A DNA stretch of 64,000 nucleotides, from contig CAVZQN010000004.1 of NCBI GenBank assembly GCA_963777505.1, positions 352,001-416,000 of the forward strand, written 5' to 3'. Both the position numbers and the translations under genes were made by a program. How positions within the stretch are numbered: the first letter of the stretch is position 1; each line of letters begins with the position of its first letter. The notes below the pieces were generated by a model that was not told where the DNA came from, did not search any database, and saw only the letters and a list, made by a program, of their open reading frames with translations. The stretch is from an uncultured bacterium (GTDB taxonomy: Bacteria > Acidobacteriota > HRBIN11 > JAKEFK01). Shown here piece by piece: positions 54,910-64,000 of the stretch.

Positions 54910-55563
54910 ATGAACCGCATTGGTAATGAAGATGAATGGTTTGCAAAGAACGAGCGCACCTTAATCGAAGATCTCAAGAGGGAGCGTCAACGTCGCGAGC
55001 AAAGAGTTGCTGACGCCTTAAATCAAGAAGAAGGACAGCGTCGAAAAGAGTTGCACTGGATGAAATGTCCTAAGTGTGGTTCAAGTATGGCGGAAGAGTC
55101 TCTGCAAGAGAATGCTAAGATCGATCGCTGTTCGCGATGTGGTGGACTTTTCTTTGATCGGGGTGAACTGGAAGACTTTTTACTGTATTCACCCGAAAAG
55201 CGAAAAGGATTTCGGATTGGGATCATTCATCTCGTTTTGCCATCCTGGAAATCAAAAGACATGGACAGGGAAAAGATATTAAAAGACTTTGTCGAAGATA
55301 GAGATCGCCGCAAAAAACAAGTGGCTGAGTGGGTCTCATCGGAAGAAGGCAAAAAGCAAAAAGAATTACATTGGATGAAGTGTCCTAAAGACGGATCGGA
55401 TTTAGAAGAAACGAATGTCATGCATGGCTTGCTTGTGGATGATTGCACTCTTTGCCGCGGTGTCTTTTTGGATTATGGAGAGCTGGAGTCGATCAGTAAT
55501 CTGACAGAAGATGATCGTAAAGACATTCGAGAGCGCATCCTGAGTCTTTCAATCTCAAAATGA
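54910..55563 (+). CDS. Protein with two tandem zf-TFIIB zinc-ribbon modules
   Basis: KELHWMKCPKCG..DRCSRCGGLFFDRGELE and KELHWMKCPKDG..DDCTLCRGVFLDYGELE. Confidence 0.85.
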   Translation: MNRIGNEDEWFAKNERTLIEDLKRERQRREQRVADALNQEEGQRRKELHWMKCPKCGSSMAEESLQENAKIDRCSRCGGLFFDRGELEDFLLYSPEKRKGFRIGIIHLVLPSWKSKDMDREKILKDFVEDRDRRKKQVAEWVSSEEGKKQKELHWMKCPKDGSDLEETNVMHGLLVDDCTLCRGVFLDYGELESISNLTEDDRKDIRERILSLSISK

Positions 55564-55623
55564 GTGGCAGTTGATCGTACTACAACAATAGTATTATAGT
55601 AAGTATAAACATAAGTCACTTTT

Positions 55624-56610
55624 TCAGTGGTTGGCTTGATTGGCCAAGGCATCACGGCATCTGTCAAACGCCTCGTTTAGTGCAGCTCCATCCACTGCAT
55701 CGTGAGCTCCGATGGCGATGATCCGCGTCCCTGGTTGTCGGCCATTCCATTCATCTCCAACTTCGATATCAACTCGCTTACCAACAACCTGAAGGATTAC
55801 GCGGCGGCCTGGTACTTCAGCCGCGTGAATCACACCTTTGCATCGGTAGATACTGGCCGGAAGCTTGCGCGCTGTTTGCCGAAGAAGTTCCAATGAAAGA
55901 AGCTCGTCCGTTTCGTAGCTCCACGTACTGAAGACCTGATGGTCATGTAGAGGTGTGCTGTCGAGACGTGATGGATCAAACCGGCCGACAGACAACAAAA
56001 TTTCCAGAGGCACATTTCCGCCGGATGCTTGAACGAGCCGATAACGATGGAATCTATCATCGAGCCATGCCTTGATTCGATCGATCTCATCCGGCGTAAC
56101 GAGATCGACCTTGTTCAGGATGAGCATATCTGCGAACGCCACCTGGCGAAGCTTCAGTTCCATCATCTCTGGTGCTGCGAATATCTGCTCCGCATCCACG
56201 ACGCACATGATGCTGTCTAATCTGATGCGGTCGCGCATGCCTTCGTCCAGAAACGCAAGCGCAATGCCGGACGGGTCGGCCACGCCACTGGCCTCAAGCA
56301 GGATGTATTCGGGCTGCTCGGGGCGTGCTATTACCTGGGTTACCGCAGCGACCAAATCGTCGCGGATATTGCAGCAGACACAGCCGTTGGCCAGATTGAT
56401 GACATCCCCCTCGCTTTCGACTCCGACAACAAGCTCGGCATCGATGTTGATCGAACCGAAGTCGTTTACCAACACCGCGACCCGAAGGCCGTGATCGCCG
56501 GCAAGAATGCGATTCAACAGCGTTGTCTTGCCAGCGCCAAGAAAGCCGGTAAGCACCGTCAAGGGGATCGGCGCCGGTTTGTCCTTAGGGGAATAGTTAA
56601 AGACTTGCAT
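55624..56610 (-). CDS. COG0523/CobW-family G3E GTPase metallochaperone
   Basis: LTGFLGAGKTTLL, VLVNDFG, NGCVCC, EASGVADP, NKVD, CobW_C domain. Confidence 0.95.
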   Translation of the reverse strand: MQVFNYSPKDKPAPIPLTVLTGFLGAGKTTLLNRILAGDHGLRVAVLVNDFGSINIDAELVVGVESEGDVINLANGCVCCNIRDDLVAAVTQVIARPEQPEYILLEASGVADPSGIALAFLDEGMRDRIRLDSIMCVVDAEQIFAAPEMMELKLRQVAFADMLILNKVDLVTPDEIDRIKAWLDDRFHRYRLVQASGGNVPLEILLSVGRFDPSRLDSTPLHDHQVFSTWSYETDELLSLELLRQTARKLPASIYRCKGVIHAAEVPGRRVILQVVGKRVDIEVGDEWNGRQPGTRIIAIGAHDAVDGAALNEAFDRCRDALANQANH

Positions 56611-57067
56611 TCGAACTTCCTTTCGCGGCGTCGTCTGGCTGCCCTGCGATCATGCTATCGCCAACTTGGGCGAGTTGATACTTATAGGTGCAGATGGCGA
56701 AGAGGGTCGCCACGAGAAGAACGATTTTCCAAAGGACAAAGTCGAGTTCAGCACCGCGATCGAACAGGATGACCACAGCGAGGGCACTGACAAAAAACAG
56801 ACTTAGCTCACCTATAAACACTAGCAGGTGTCCCAGGACAACGTTGCGCTGAAACTGCAATTTGGGCCGCAGTCGAAACGCAAACCAATGAGCAACTTGC
56901 ATGAGAATGACCACGATGGTGGTCAGAACGAAGTCCTTTGAGCTGGCGCCTTCCGTACTCGGGGAGAGCAGCCGCCGGTATATGGGAAGTCCATTCCACA
57001 TAATGGCCTGCGATCCCGCCGCCTCTGTGAGAATCAAACACCAAAAGAGGATTTTGTTGCGCGTCAC
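56597..57067 (-). CDS. Hypothetical 4-TM membrane protein
   Basis: Four hydrophobic segments; packed between the MBL and CobW genes. Confidence 0.7.
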   Translation of the reverse strand: MTRNKILFWCLILTEAAGSQAIMWNGLPIYRRLLSPSTEGASSKDFVLTTIVVILMQVAHWFAFRLRPKLQFQRNVVLGHLLVFIGELSLFFVSALAVVILFDRGAELDFVLWKIVLLVATLFAICTYKYQLAQVGDSMIAGQPDDAAKGSSNASL

Positions 57068-57072
57068 CGGCT

Positions 57073-58613
57073 TTATTGTTCCTCAAGTTTGTCGATGATT
57101 TGCTGGATTTTCTCCTGCTCGGCTGTGAGTTTTGCCTTTGTCTCGCGGAGCTTTTTCTGGATGACTTGGCGGACATCAATCTTGAAGCCGCTCGGGAAAT
57201 TGCGCTGCGGTTCGCGATACATGTCGGACGGATAGTACTTCTTTGGGTCAATCTCCCGTTCGCGGACGGCTGGCTCCTGCATGTCGGCGACCGTATGCCG
57301 AGGATTCGGGAATCTGACCTCCAGATTCGAAGGACTCAGATCGAACAGGCCGACGGCATCTCTCGGACTCGGGCGAGCCATGTTGCCGGCTTCAGGGATC
57401 GCAGCCTTGCGAGTCCAAACAGCATCTTTGGTGACGTTGACGACCACTATGTCGGGCGCACCGAATTGGAAGAATCCGCTGTAATGGATGCGAATCCCGG
57501 CTAGGATTTCCGGGATCAATTCCTCGTCGTAACTCAGGTGTGTGACCATCGCGAGTCGCGGCTGAATCTTATTGAACATGTACCCGATCGCGTAATGTGG
57601 GCTGTGCGCCTGATCGATCGTCGTGTTAACAATGATGGGCGGCATGCCGAACTTCAACGCCTGGAGATTGGCTGTGTCAGGCTGGACTTCAGTGACGAAC
57701 ACGTCTACGCCCTTGGCGAGTTCCATCGAGAGCTCGTCCGGCCGCCCGTCACCGGTCCAAACGAATGATAGTCCGTTCCAATCGAGCCGATAGGCCGAGG
57801 CGCCGTCCTTGGTGTGCGATCGCCGCCAGTGGCGGATGACTACGCCATCCTTGTCGTAGCAAACCCCATTGTCGTCGCGGAAATCGAATTCGTTCACCTC
57901 GACTTCGTATCCGTCGCCAATCGGGCTGGCGTTGAAAGAGTCTGTGTGCCAATGAGTCATCATTTTCATGCCCTCGATCATCGTCTTGATGCCATCCTTT
58001 GGTGTCCGGCCCGATGGTCCATGGACGCGCAACGGCTTCCAGCGCCCCATCCACGGAGCGAAGGCGAAAAGGTAGGGAAGGTCCGCGTAGTGATCGACAT
58101 GGAGATGGGTGAAGAAAATATCGTTAACCGTCTGCAACGGCACAGCCATCGCGATGATGTTCCGCATGCAGCCTGAGCCGAAATCAAAGAAAAATCGCTT
58201 GCCGTTACCCAGTTCGACCATGATGCAGGTGCCTGCCTGCGCGCGTGTGACCGGGATCGGCGTACTGCCAATGAAGGAGATCCGCATTTCATCGGGGCCG
58301 ATCCGCTCTTGACCCGGGTAATAGATGTTGTTGCTGACGAGATAGGGAGTGGGCCGATAATACGCCGGTAAAGTGATTCCGCCGCCCGGCACGCCACCGT
58401 AAGGGTTCTGTGCTTTTATTTCGCCTGGTGTCGTTTCAGCCGCCTGCGACGCCGACGCAGCACCTACCCGTTATTATTGCGGCGGCTCCAGCGAGCACCC
58501 ACTTTCTTGAGCGCATCGCGTCGACTCATCGTCGGTCGCTGACCAGCATCAGCTTGATTACTCACAGTCTGTTCTTTGCTTGCCTCATCTTTCGGAAATC
58601 GATCGTTACTCAT
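57073..58613 (-). CDS. Tat-exported MBL-fold (RNase Z/AtsA-like, GntH-like) metallohydrolase; frameshift in the leader
   Basis: THLHVDH motif, WTGDG, AHS..TH; ATG 58613 with GGAGG and an SRRDALK twin-arginine motif upstream of ORF 57073-58392. Confidence 0.85.
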
Positions 58614-58893
58614 TCGTGCCCTCCTTCTTCTTTATCTGGTGCTGTTTTGTTAGCTCCCGGTCATCCGATATCCCGAGTTCGCAATGTTGACTTGAATCTG
58701 TTTTGCGGGCGCAGTCAATATTGCCTGCGACGTGTAAATCGTACCATCTGGAAACGTTGAAAAAATAATGTTCAGACTCACTGAATCTTTCGGGCTATCA
58801 ATAACAGTAAAAATGACTGACGATCGGATCGCCGTTTACATCAAATTGTCCGGCGCATCCTGAGTCTTTCAATCTCAAAATGAGTGAATACCC

Positions 58894-59997
58894 CTAGAAA
58901 CTCCAACCGAAAGATGTGTTGACGCTAAGGTTATTGTTGATTCCTCCGGGCGGTGGTCTGTTATCGTAGTTATTTGTGAAACCAATTTTCCAATAGAAGT
59001 CCATAACCATGTCCCATTTCCAATCGAAATCGGCATCGATTCGGAGTCGCCCTGGATCAGACAGACTGGGAAATACAAGAACATTTGTATTGAGCGATGA
59101 GCCACGAAAACGGTACGTTGAGAAAACTAAACCTCCTAAAGCCTCGGCATTATTTCTGTCTTGTTCATCAATAGAATAATTCTCATTCGTGTAAACCAGG
59201 CCACCAAGAACCCCCCAGATGGTGCGGTTCGTTTCGATAAGACTTCTCACGACACCTCCTCCAACTGTCGATCTCAAATCGAGATCCAGTTGCTTGTCAC
59301 TGAGTAGAGCACCTAAAACAAACGCTTCCCACCTTTTGTTTAAGACTCGCTCCGCCGTGATTTGCAATTCTTGCCGTGATGTTCTCTCTGCACCCGGTTC
59401 CCTGCTGAACTGAGAGGAAAAATTCAGATTCCCGGAATACTTCGGTTTCTGAAATGAACCGGAGAAATTGATATTACTTTGAGTCCTGCTATTCGCGGAT
59501 GTATATCCAGCACCTGCATCTATCGATATGTTCATACGAGAAAGAAAAGAACGCCCAATCACTCGAATGGAAATCACATTGGTGATTGGCAAATCGATTT
59601 GTCCACCACTGTTCAGAACAATACGAAGTGTAGAATCCGGAATCTCATAATTCAGATCGGCCGGAATAACGCCAACGTAAAAGTCATTGTCCTTAGTCTG
59701 AAATTCGTATTGCGCAATACTCTGAACGCGAATGACCTTCTCCCAATCGAGTTTCATAGTGTCAGCTACACGATCGGACTTGAAATGAAGAATCCCAAAT
59801 ACCATTTTCTTAATTTCCCCTGTATTCCGGTCGCCATTTTTCATAATAACAACATCATTGTTGTGCTCCAGCTTGATGGTTTCATCTTTCTTTTCAGTCT
59901 GTGCGATTAACAAGGAGGGTATAAACAAAAAATAAAGTGTGAATATTGACGAAATGACGCGGGAAATTGCCATGAATTTCATCTGCTCGGAATGCAT
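58894..59997 (-). CDS. DUF481-family outer membrane beta-barrel
   Basis: DVVIMKNGDRNTGEIK N-domain, LDLDLRSTVGGG, terminal SFGWSF. Confidence 0.85.
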   Translation of the reverse strand: MHSEQMKFMAISRVISSIFTLYFLFIPSLLIAQTEKKDETIKLEHNNDVVIMKNGDRNTGEIKKMVFGILHFKSDRVADTMKLDWEKVIRVQSIAQYEFQTKDNDFYVGVIPADLNYEIPDSTLRIVLNSGGQIDLPITNVISIRVIGRSFLSRMNISIDAGAGYTSANSRTQSNINFSGSFQKPKYSGNLNFSSQFSREPGAERTSRQELQITAERVLNKRWEAFVLGALLSDKQLDLDLRSTVGGGVVRSLIETNRTIWGVLGGLVYTNENYSIDEQDRNNAEALGGLVFSTYRFRGSSLNTNVLVFPSLSDPGRLRIDADFDWKWDMVMDFYWKIGFTNNYDNRPPPGGINNNLSVNTSFGWSF

Positions 59998-60001
59998 TCT
60001 T

Positions 60002-60268
60002 CTACCGGCGGAAGTACAAAATGTACCCGTCTGCTTGATACAGTTCCCAACCTTGAGCTGCTTGATCGTTCACAATTTTTTCAATTGTTTTCATTCGACC
60101 CTGTTCGGCATCGGACTGAGTCCGCAGTTCTGTCATTCCTGTCAGGGAAATTACTTGATATTGGTAACGTTTGGCGCTTTCTACCGGACGGTTCAAGAAC
60201 CCACCAAGGAGGAAAGCACTGAACACGAGAATCAAAAGTATGGAATTCTTCTGAATTATGCTTTTCAT
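60002..60268 (-). CDS. Small DUF4177-like protein
   Basis: RYQYQV..NDQAAQGWEL..LYFRR. Confidence 0.65.
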   Translation of the reverse strand: MKSIIQKNSILLILVFSAFLLGGFLNRPVESAKRYQYQVISLTGMTELRTQSDAEQGRMKTIEKIVNDQAAQGWELYQADGYILYFRR

Positions 60269-60387
60269 AGTTCGCTTCTCTCTTTTTTGTTACGTATCGG
60301 ATAGACAGCTCACTTTCGGCGCAGTTCTTGAATGTAGACTGCGTAAGAATTACACACACAAATCGAACAGCTCAGGCAGTACCTGAA

Positions 60388-61146
60388 CTACAATACAGTG
60401 ACCTGATAACCGTTGCTTACACGCAAATAATACGTTTCCCCGCAGACCTGGTAGTTTTGACCGTTAACGTTTTTTTCCTGGCAACCTGAAGGAAGCGTCG
60501 TGATAATCGCTCCGGCAGGTGGTGGAACGACTTGATATACAACCTGGCCTTCGTTATAAGCCTGCGTATAAAAGGCGTTATCATGATAATAGTATGATGA
60601 TCCACTCACTACAACTGTAGTAGATTGTGTTGGTGGTTTGGCCAGCATCGTTCCAATTGCAATGCCACCGATAACACCTGCTGCAACCTTCCAGCCTTCG
60701 TAGTCATTGTAGTATTCACCACGGTATGCACCGCCATATCTGCCGTCTACCTCACCAGATGCATAGACTCCTCCTCTGCGCCCTGCAGCCGCTACTCCTT
60801 CTTCACCAACAGCAACTGCTCCACGGCGTGTAACAGCAGCGGCTCCGTCTTCACCGGCAACAGCAACGCCACGGGGTCCTCTCGCTACGTCGACATCTTC
60901 GCCTGAATAGTTACGATTTACATTTGTATCGCGGTTCACATTCACATTTGTATTTCGGTTTACATTTGTATTCCGATTTACATTCGTGTTCCTATTTGAC
61001 CGTCGAACAGAGGAACCTGATGTGGATCGTGTCGATGAAGTTCGGGCAGATTTCTGACCTCCGCCACCTGATCTCCTTTGTGCCTCAGCAAAGGAAACTT
61101 CCATGAAAACAAAACCAATGATTAGAATTGAAAGTAGCTTATTCAT
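60388..61146 (-). CDS. Secreted low-complexity protein (NRNTNV repeats; DUF6515-like C-terminus)
   Basis: Signal peptide, NRNTNV x3, GxxGxAV repeats, YQVVPPPAGAIITTLP. Confidence 0.75.
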   Translation of the reverse strand: MNKLLSILIIGFVFMEVSFAEAQRRSGGGGQKSARTSSTRSTSGSSVRRSNRNTNVNRNTNVNRNTNVNVNRDTNVNRNYSGEDVDVARGPRGVAVAGEDGAAAVTRRGAVAVGEEGVAAAGRRGGVYASGEVDGRYGGAYRGEYYNDYEGWKVAAGVIGGIAIGTMLAKPPTQSTTVVVSGSSYYYHDNAFYTQAYNEGQVVYQVVPPPAGAIITTLPSGCQEKNVNGQNYQVCGETYYLRVSNGYQVTVL

Positions 61147-61961
61147 TGCTGATTCTCCTGTGTTTGTGTATTTGCTCCCGCAGGCTTCTCTTCCATTGGT
61201 ACACGGCCAATGATTTTTATTTTGTTATAGTCTGCCGGCGGTTGATGGGAAAACTTGTTTTCTGCAAGCTGCGGCGCAAAATTCCAATTTAGGTATGTTA
61301 TCGCAATTTTAGGCGATCCGTAATCCAACTTATAAGTGAGTTCTAATTTGCATGGCAAAGCTTGATCGCCAGCCGCAATCCAGATTCTCCAATCCAGGAT
61401 AGGATTCTGCAACGCGAGTTGATGACAAGACTTGCCATCAACTTTGTCGAGTTTCACGTATTTTCCCGTTGTGTCCGGACCAATAAAAGCCTCGTAAGGT
61501 GTGCTATAGAAAATGTCGGCCACCGGTGTCGGAACATTGAGTGTGTCGCTTATGTAATCCAGGGCTTCATCAATGGTTGGCGGCGTCTTCGTGCGCGCGT
61601 AAACCTTTTCTTTGTCAGATTGTAAAGTTATAGTCTTACCATCGTACCAAAGTAACAAATCACGGGACTTATCGGGAGCTTGACTGATGACATGACTCCA
61701 GAATCCATCCGGACGCCTGACGGCAATTTCTCGTGAAACTTTAGCCTGCACCTTTTTCCCTGATTCACGAATCTTGTCATGAACCTCCTTTGTGTTTAAA
61801 GTGAAACTCTTTGCGTTCGCAAGAAAATCGCTCATCTGATGCAACAATTTATCCGCTTTTTCATCTACATTTTGGGTTGGCTTCGTTTGTTGTGCAGTAG
61901 TAACATTTGCGACAAGAGATGCCGCACAAATGAATACTAAAAGAAAAGGAAGTTTTTTCAT
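61143..61961 (-). CDS. DUF2092 periplasmic protein (LolA-like)
   Basis: ADKLLHQMSDFL, VRRPD, WYDGKTITL, PPTIDEAL, DWRIWI. Confidence 0.85.
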   Translation of the reverse strand: MKKLPFLLVFICAASLVANVTTAQQTKPTQNVDEKADKLLHQMSDFLANAKSFTLNTKEVHDKIRESGKKVQAKVSREIAVRRPDGFWSHVISQAPDKSRDLLLWYDGKTITLQSDKEKVYARTKTPPTIDEALDYISDTLNVPTPVADIFYSTPYEAFIGPDTTGKYVKLDKVDGKSCHQLALQNPILDWRIWIAAGDQALPCKLELTYKLDYGSPKIAITYLNWNFAPQLAENKFSHQPPADYNKIKIIGRVPMEEKPAGANTQTQENQQ

Positions 61962-61995
61962 TATCTAATCCTCCATTCTATATTCTCATCACCAT

Positions 61996-62721
61996 TCAGG
62001 TTTTTGATTGATTTGCTATCAGCCACCGTTCGTGATGTTTTCGAAGAGAAGCTATCGCTTCATCTGCGCTGTTTAAACACACAGCAATTGAAATATCGTC
62101 AGGATTGGCTAACTGTGGTGCGCTGCTGAGCATGTGTTTACTTGCCCATTCAACGAGATCACTCCACATCTTTCCGATGAAGATCAGAGGGGTATCTTTT
62201 ATGTGGCGTACTTGAAGAAGTTGCCACACCATTGCAGCCTCAAGTAAAGTACCGATTCCTCCGGGAGTTACAACAAAAGCGTCAGAAGCTAAAACAAAAT
62301 GATGAAGGCGTGTAAAAAATGTTTGGTGCTGATAGACTTTCTGAACAAATGGATTGACTTCTTGTTCAAATGGCAGATCAATCCTGATTCCAATGGAAGC
62401 ATTCTGCGCTGCGGAAGTTGCGCCTTCGTTCGCGGCAAGCATCAAACCAGGGCCGCCTCCAGTAACTACATCGCATCCCATTTCAGTTAAGGCTCCTGCC
62501 AATCTTTTTACTTCTTCAAATGCAAACGTATCCGGTCCCATTCTTGCTGATCCAAAAATCGTGACGCGGTATCGTTCTTGTTTCGATGGACGCAGCCGCG
62601 TTAGATTGTTAACAATCTCCCACAGACCAAGAACAGAATTTACGAGGACTTGCTTGACTCCGTCTTCATCAGAAAGGCTCACCATTTGTGAACTGCTTTG
62701 TGCTGAATCATCAGCTTTCAT
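61996..62721 (-). CDS. LOG-family (lysine decarboxylase-like Rossmann) protein
   Basis: VTIFGSAR, VTGGGPGLMLAANEGA, LPFEQ..NPF, PGGIGTLLE. Confidence 0.92.
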   Translation of the reverse strand: MKADDSAQSSSQMVSLSDEDGVKQVLVNSVLGLWEIVNNLTRLRPSKQERYRVTIFGSARMGPDTFAFEEVKRLAGALTEMGCDVVTGGGPGLMLAANEGATSAAQNASIGIRIDLPFEQEVNPFVQKVYQHQTFFTRLHHFVLASDAFVVTPGGIGTLLEAAMVWQLLQVRHIKDTPLIFIGKMWSDLVEWASKHMLSSAPQLANPDDISIAVCLNSADEAIASLRKHHERWLIANQSKT

Positions 62722-62754
62722 CTGTAAACTCCAATCAGTTTCACAAATTCATTT

Positions 62755-63258
62755 CTATAACGGAATTTGTGCAGCGATTTGTGCTTCGATTTGCATATCA
62801 ATCTGATTTTCGAGCAGCAGCAAACGAAGCGCTTGTTTCGCTGTAAGCACTGTGCCGAGCTCCTTGACGTAGGCTCTTTTCATTTCTTGTCTCTGCAATT
62901 GAACCTGCATAACGCGATTGATCAGTTCTGTCGCCTTTTCAGCGGAAAGTCCGGATTGTTGATTCACATAATCGGCTATAAGTGCCAACCGTGTATCGTT
63001 GATTTTTTTCACTTCTGCTTCGTATTTGTCGTAAATCGGCCAGAACGCGCGGGATTGTTCAGATGTTACCGAAATAGCTTTCTTGATAATTTCTCGTTTT
63101 TGGTTTCTTAAGTTAGATCGTTGCAACTGCTGAACAGCATCGTTATATGCTTGAACAGCATTGTTGTAATTCTGCATAGTGTCATCAGATGAAGTTTGGG
63201 CGTCAATGCATGCGATAAAAATTAAAAGGCCACAAATAAGAGTTATGATCTGTTTCAC
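62755..63258 (-). CDS. Periplasmic helical protein, paralogue of 27573-28085
   Basis: AFWPIYDKYE..LLLLENQID..IAAQIPL. Confidence 0.75.
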   Translation of the reverse strand: MKQIITLICGLLIFIACIDAQTSSDDTMQNYNNAVQAYNDAVQQLQRSNLRNQKREIIKKAISVTSEQSRAFWPIYDKYEAEVKKINDTRLALIADYVNQQSGLSAEKATELINRVMQVQLQRQEMKRAYVKELGTVLTAKQALRLLLLENQIDMQIEAQIAAQIPL

Positions 63259-63284
63259 TCTTCAGCCTCCTCGTTTGACTGTTG

Positions 63285-64000
63285 TTACGTCTTCCAAATC
63301 GTGACTAAAGCCTGCGCGATTATGATTTTTATGATGATTGCTCCGGGGTACACCATTGCATATGAGACTTCAACGCGTTCAGAGGGCACAGCTTTTGAAG
63401 CGTACGAGATAATTGCCGCATTGCCAGCAAGACCAGATGTGATTCCAAAAAGATCATCAAATGGGATGCGCATTATAAAATGGCCGATCAAAAGGGGGAT
63501 GAATACAAGCGGAATGAGAATAATTGCAGCCATAATTACCAGACTCATTCCTGTTAATTGAAGTGTGGTTACAAACTTTTCACCTGAGCTCATTCCAATC
63601 TGTGCAAGAAAAAGCGAAACACCAAAATTACGAAGAATCACATTCGCAGAAAGCGGCATAGTCCAGGATATCGGCCCGGTGCGGCCCAATCTTCCAAGGA
63701 TCAACGCAACAATGAGTACTCCAGCGGGGATGCCAAGTTTCAGGCTTCCAATCCCTGGAAGTGGAATCGGAATAATGCTGACAAAAACTCCAAGCACCAT
63801 TCCGATACCAAGTGCAACATAGCTAAATTCGGTAGTACTTCGAATTGAATCTCCGAAAAATTTTCGAATTGTTTCAAAATGTTGGCGGTCACTTAACAAT
63901 CCAATGCGATCACCAAATTCAATAGTTACATCTGAATTTGCAATTAGATCGCTATCTCCGCGCCGAACCTGGACAACGTTTGCTTCTATTCCATCCGGAA
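63285..64000 (-). CDS. YidE/YbjL (AspT-like) transporter with TrkA_C domain, 5' part outside the window
   Basis: VRRGD..GDRI TrkA_C end, IPIPLPG..LKLG..GVLIVALILG, YAMVYP. Confidence 0.88.
   Translation of the reverse strand, partial: PDGIEANVVQVRRGDSDLIANSDVTIEFGDRIGLLSDRQHFETIRKFFGDSIRSTTEFSYVALGIGMVLGVFVSIIPIPLPGIGSLKLGIPAGVLIVALILGRLGRTGPISWTMPLSANVILRNFGVSLFLAQIGMSSGEKFVTTLQLTGMSLVIMAAIILIPLVFIPLLIGHFIMRIPFDDLFGITSGLAGNAAIISYASKAVPSERVEVSYAMVYPGAIIIKIIIAQALVTIWKT

Larger units (their letters stand above)
55533..58886. mobile_element. 3.3-kb GC-richer cassette bounded by 34-bp exact direct repeats (55533-55566 and 58853-58886)
   Basis: GCGCATCCTGAGTCTTTCAATCTCAAAATGAGTG is the 3' end of the zf-TFIIB gene, repeated; the interior looks visibly more GC-rich; no recombinase gene. 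Confidence 0.75.

Noticed and set aside
57073-58613. Guanitoxin biosynthesis cluster
   Set aside because: Only a GntH-like fold is present; no other pathway genes are nearby.

Overview
Bacterial genomic window, probably from an Acidobacteriota-like diderm (inferred from the ECF sigma factor plus Ser/Thr kinase with beta-propeller pair and an Oar-type TonB receptor). Many single-base frameshifts look like long-read indel errors and are densest in the first ~17 kb. I saw no rRNA, tRNA, CRISPR array, integrase or transposase. Bases 1-17.6 kb hold two HupE/UreJ genes, a TonB-dependent receptor, an ECF/kinase pair, secreted proteins, a transglutaminase-motif orphan and two DUF3604 genes. From ~17.7 kb a large cluster appears to be run by sigma-54: two GAF-AAA+ activators, three clear -24/-12 promoters and a repeated paired enhancer-like palindrome (CTCCG-N6-CGGAG, 20 bp apart). 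The cluster encodes an RND pump, SulP, DUF2950/DUF3300, DcaP porins, exported glutaminases (one fused in frame to a whole DcaP porin), a Dcu carrier, malic enzyme and a YidE/AspT carrier, which suggests an uncharacterised envelope or acid-stress system. Several small cassettes sit between direct repeats made of the upstream gene's 3' end (86 bp and 34 bp), with no recombinase nearby.
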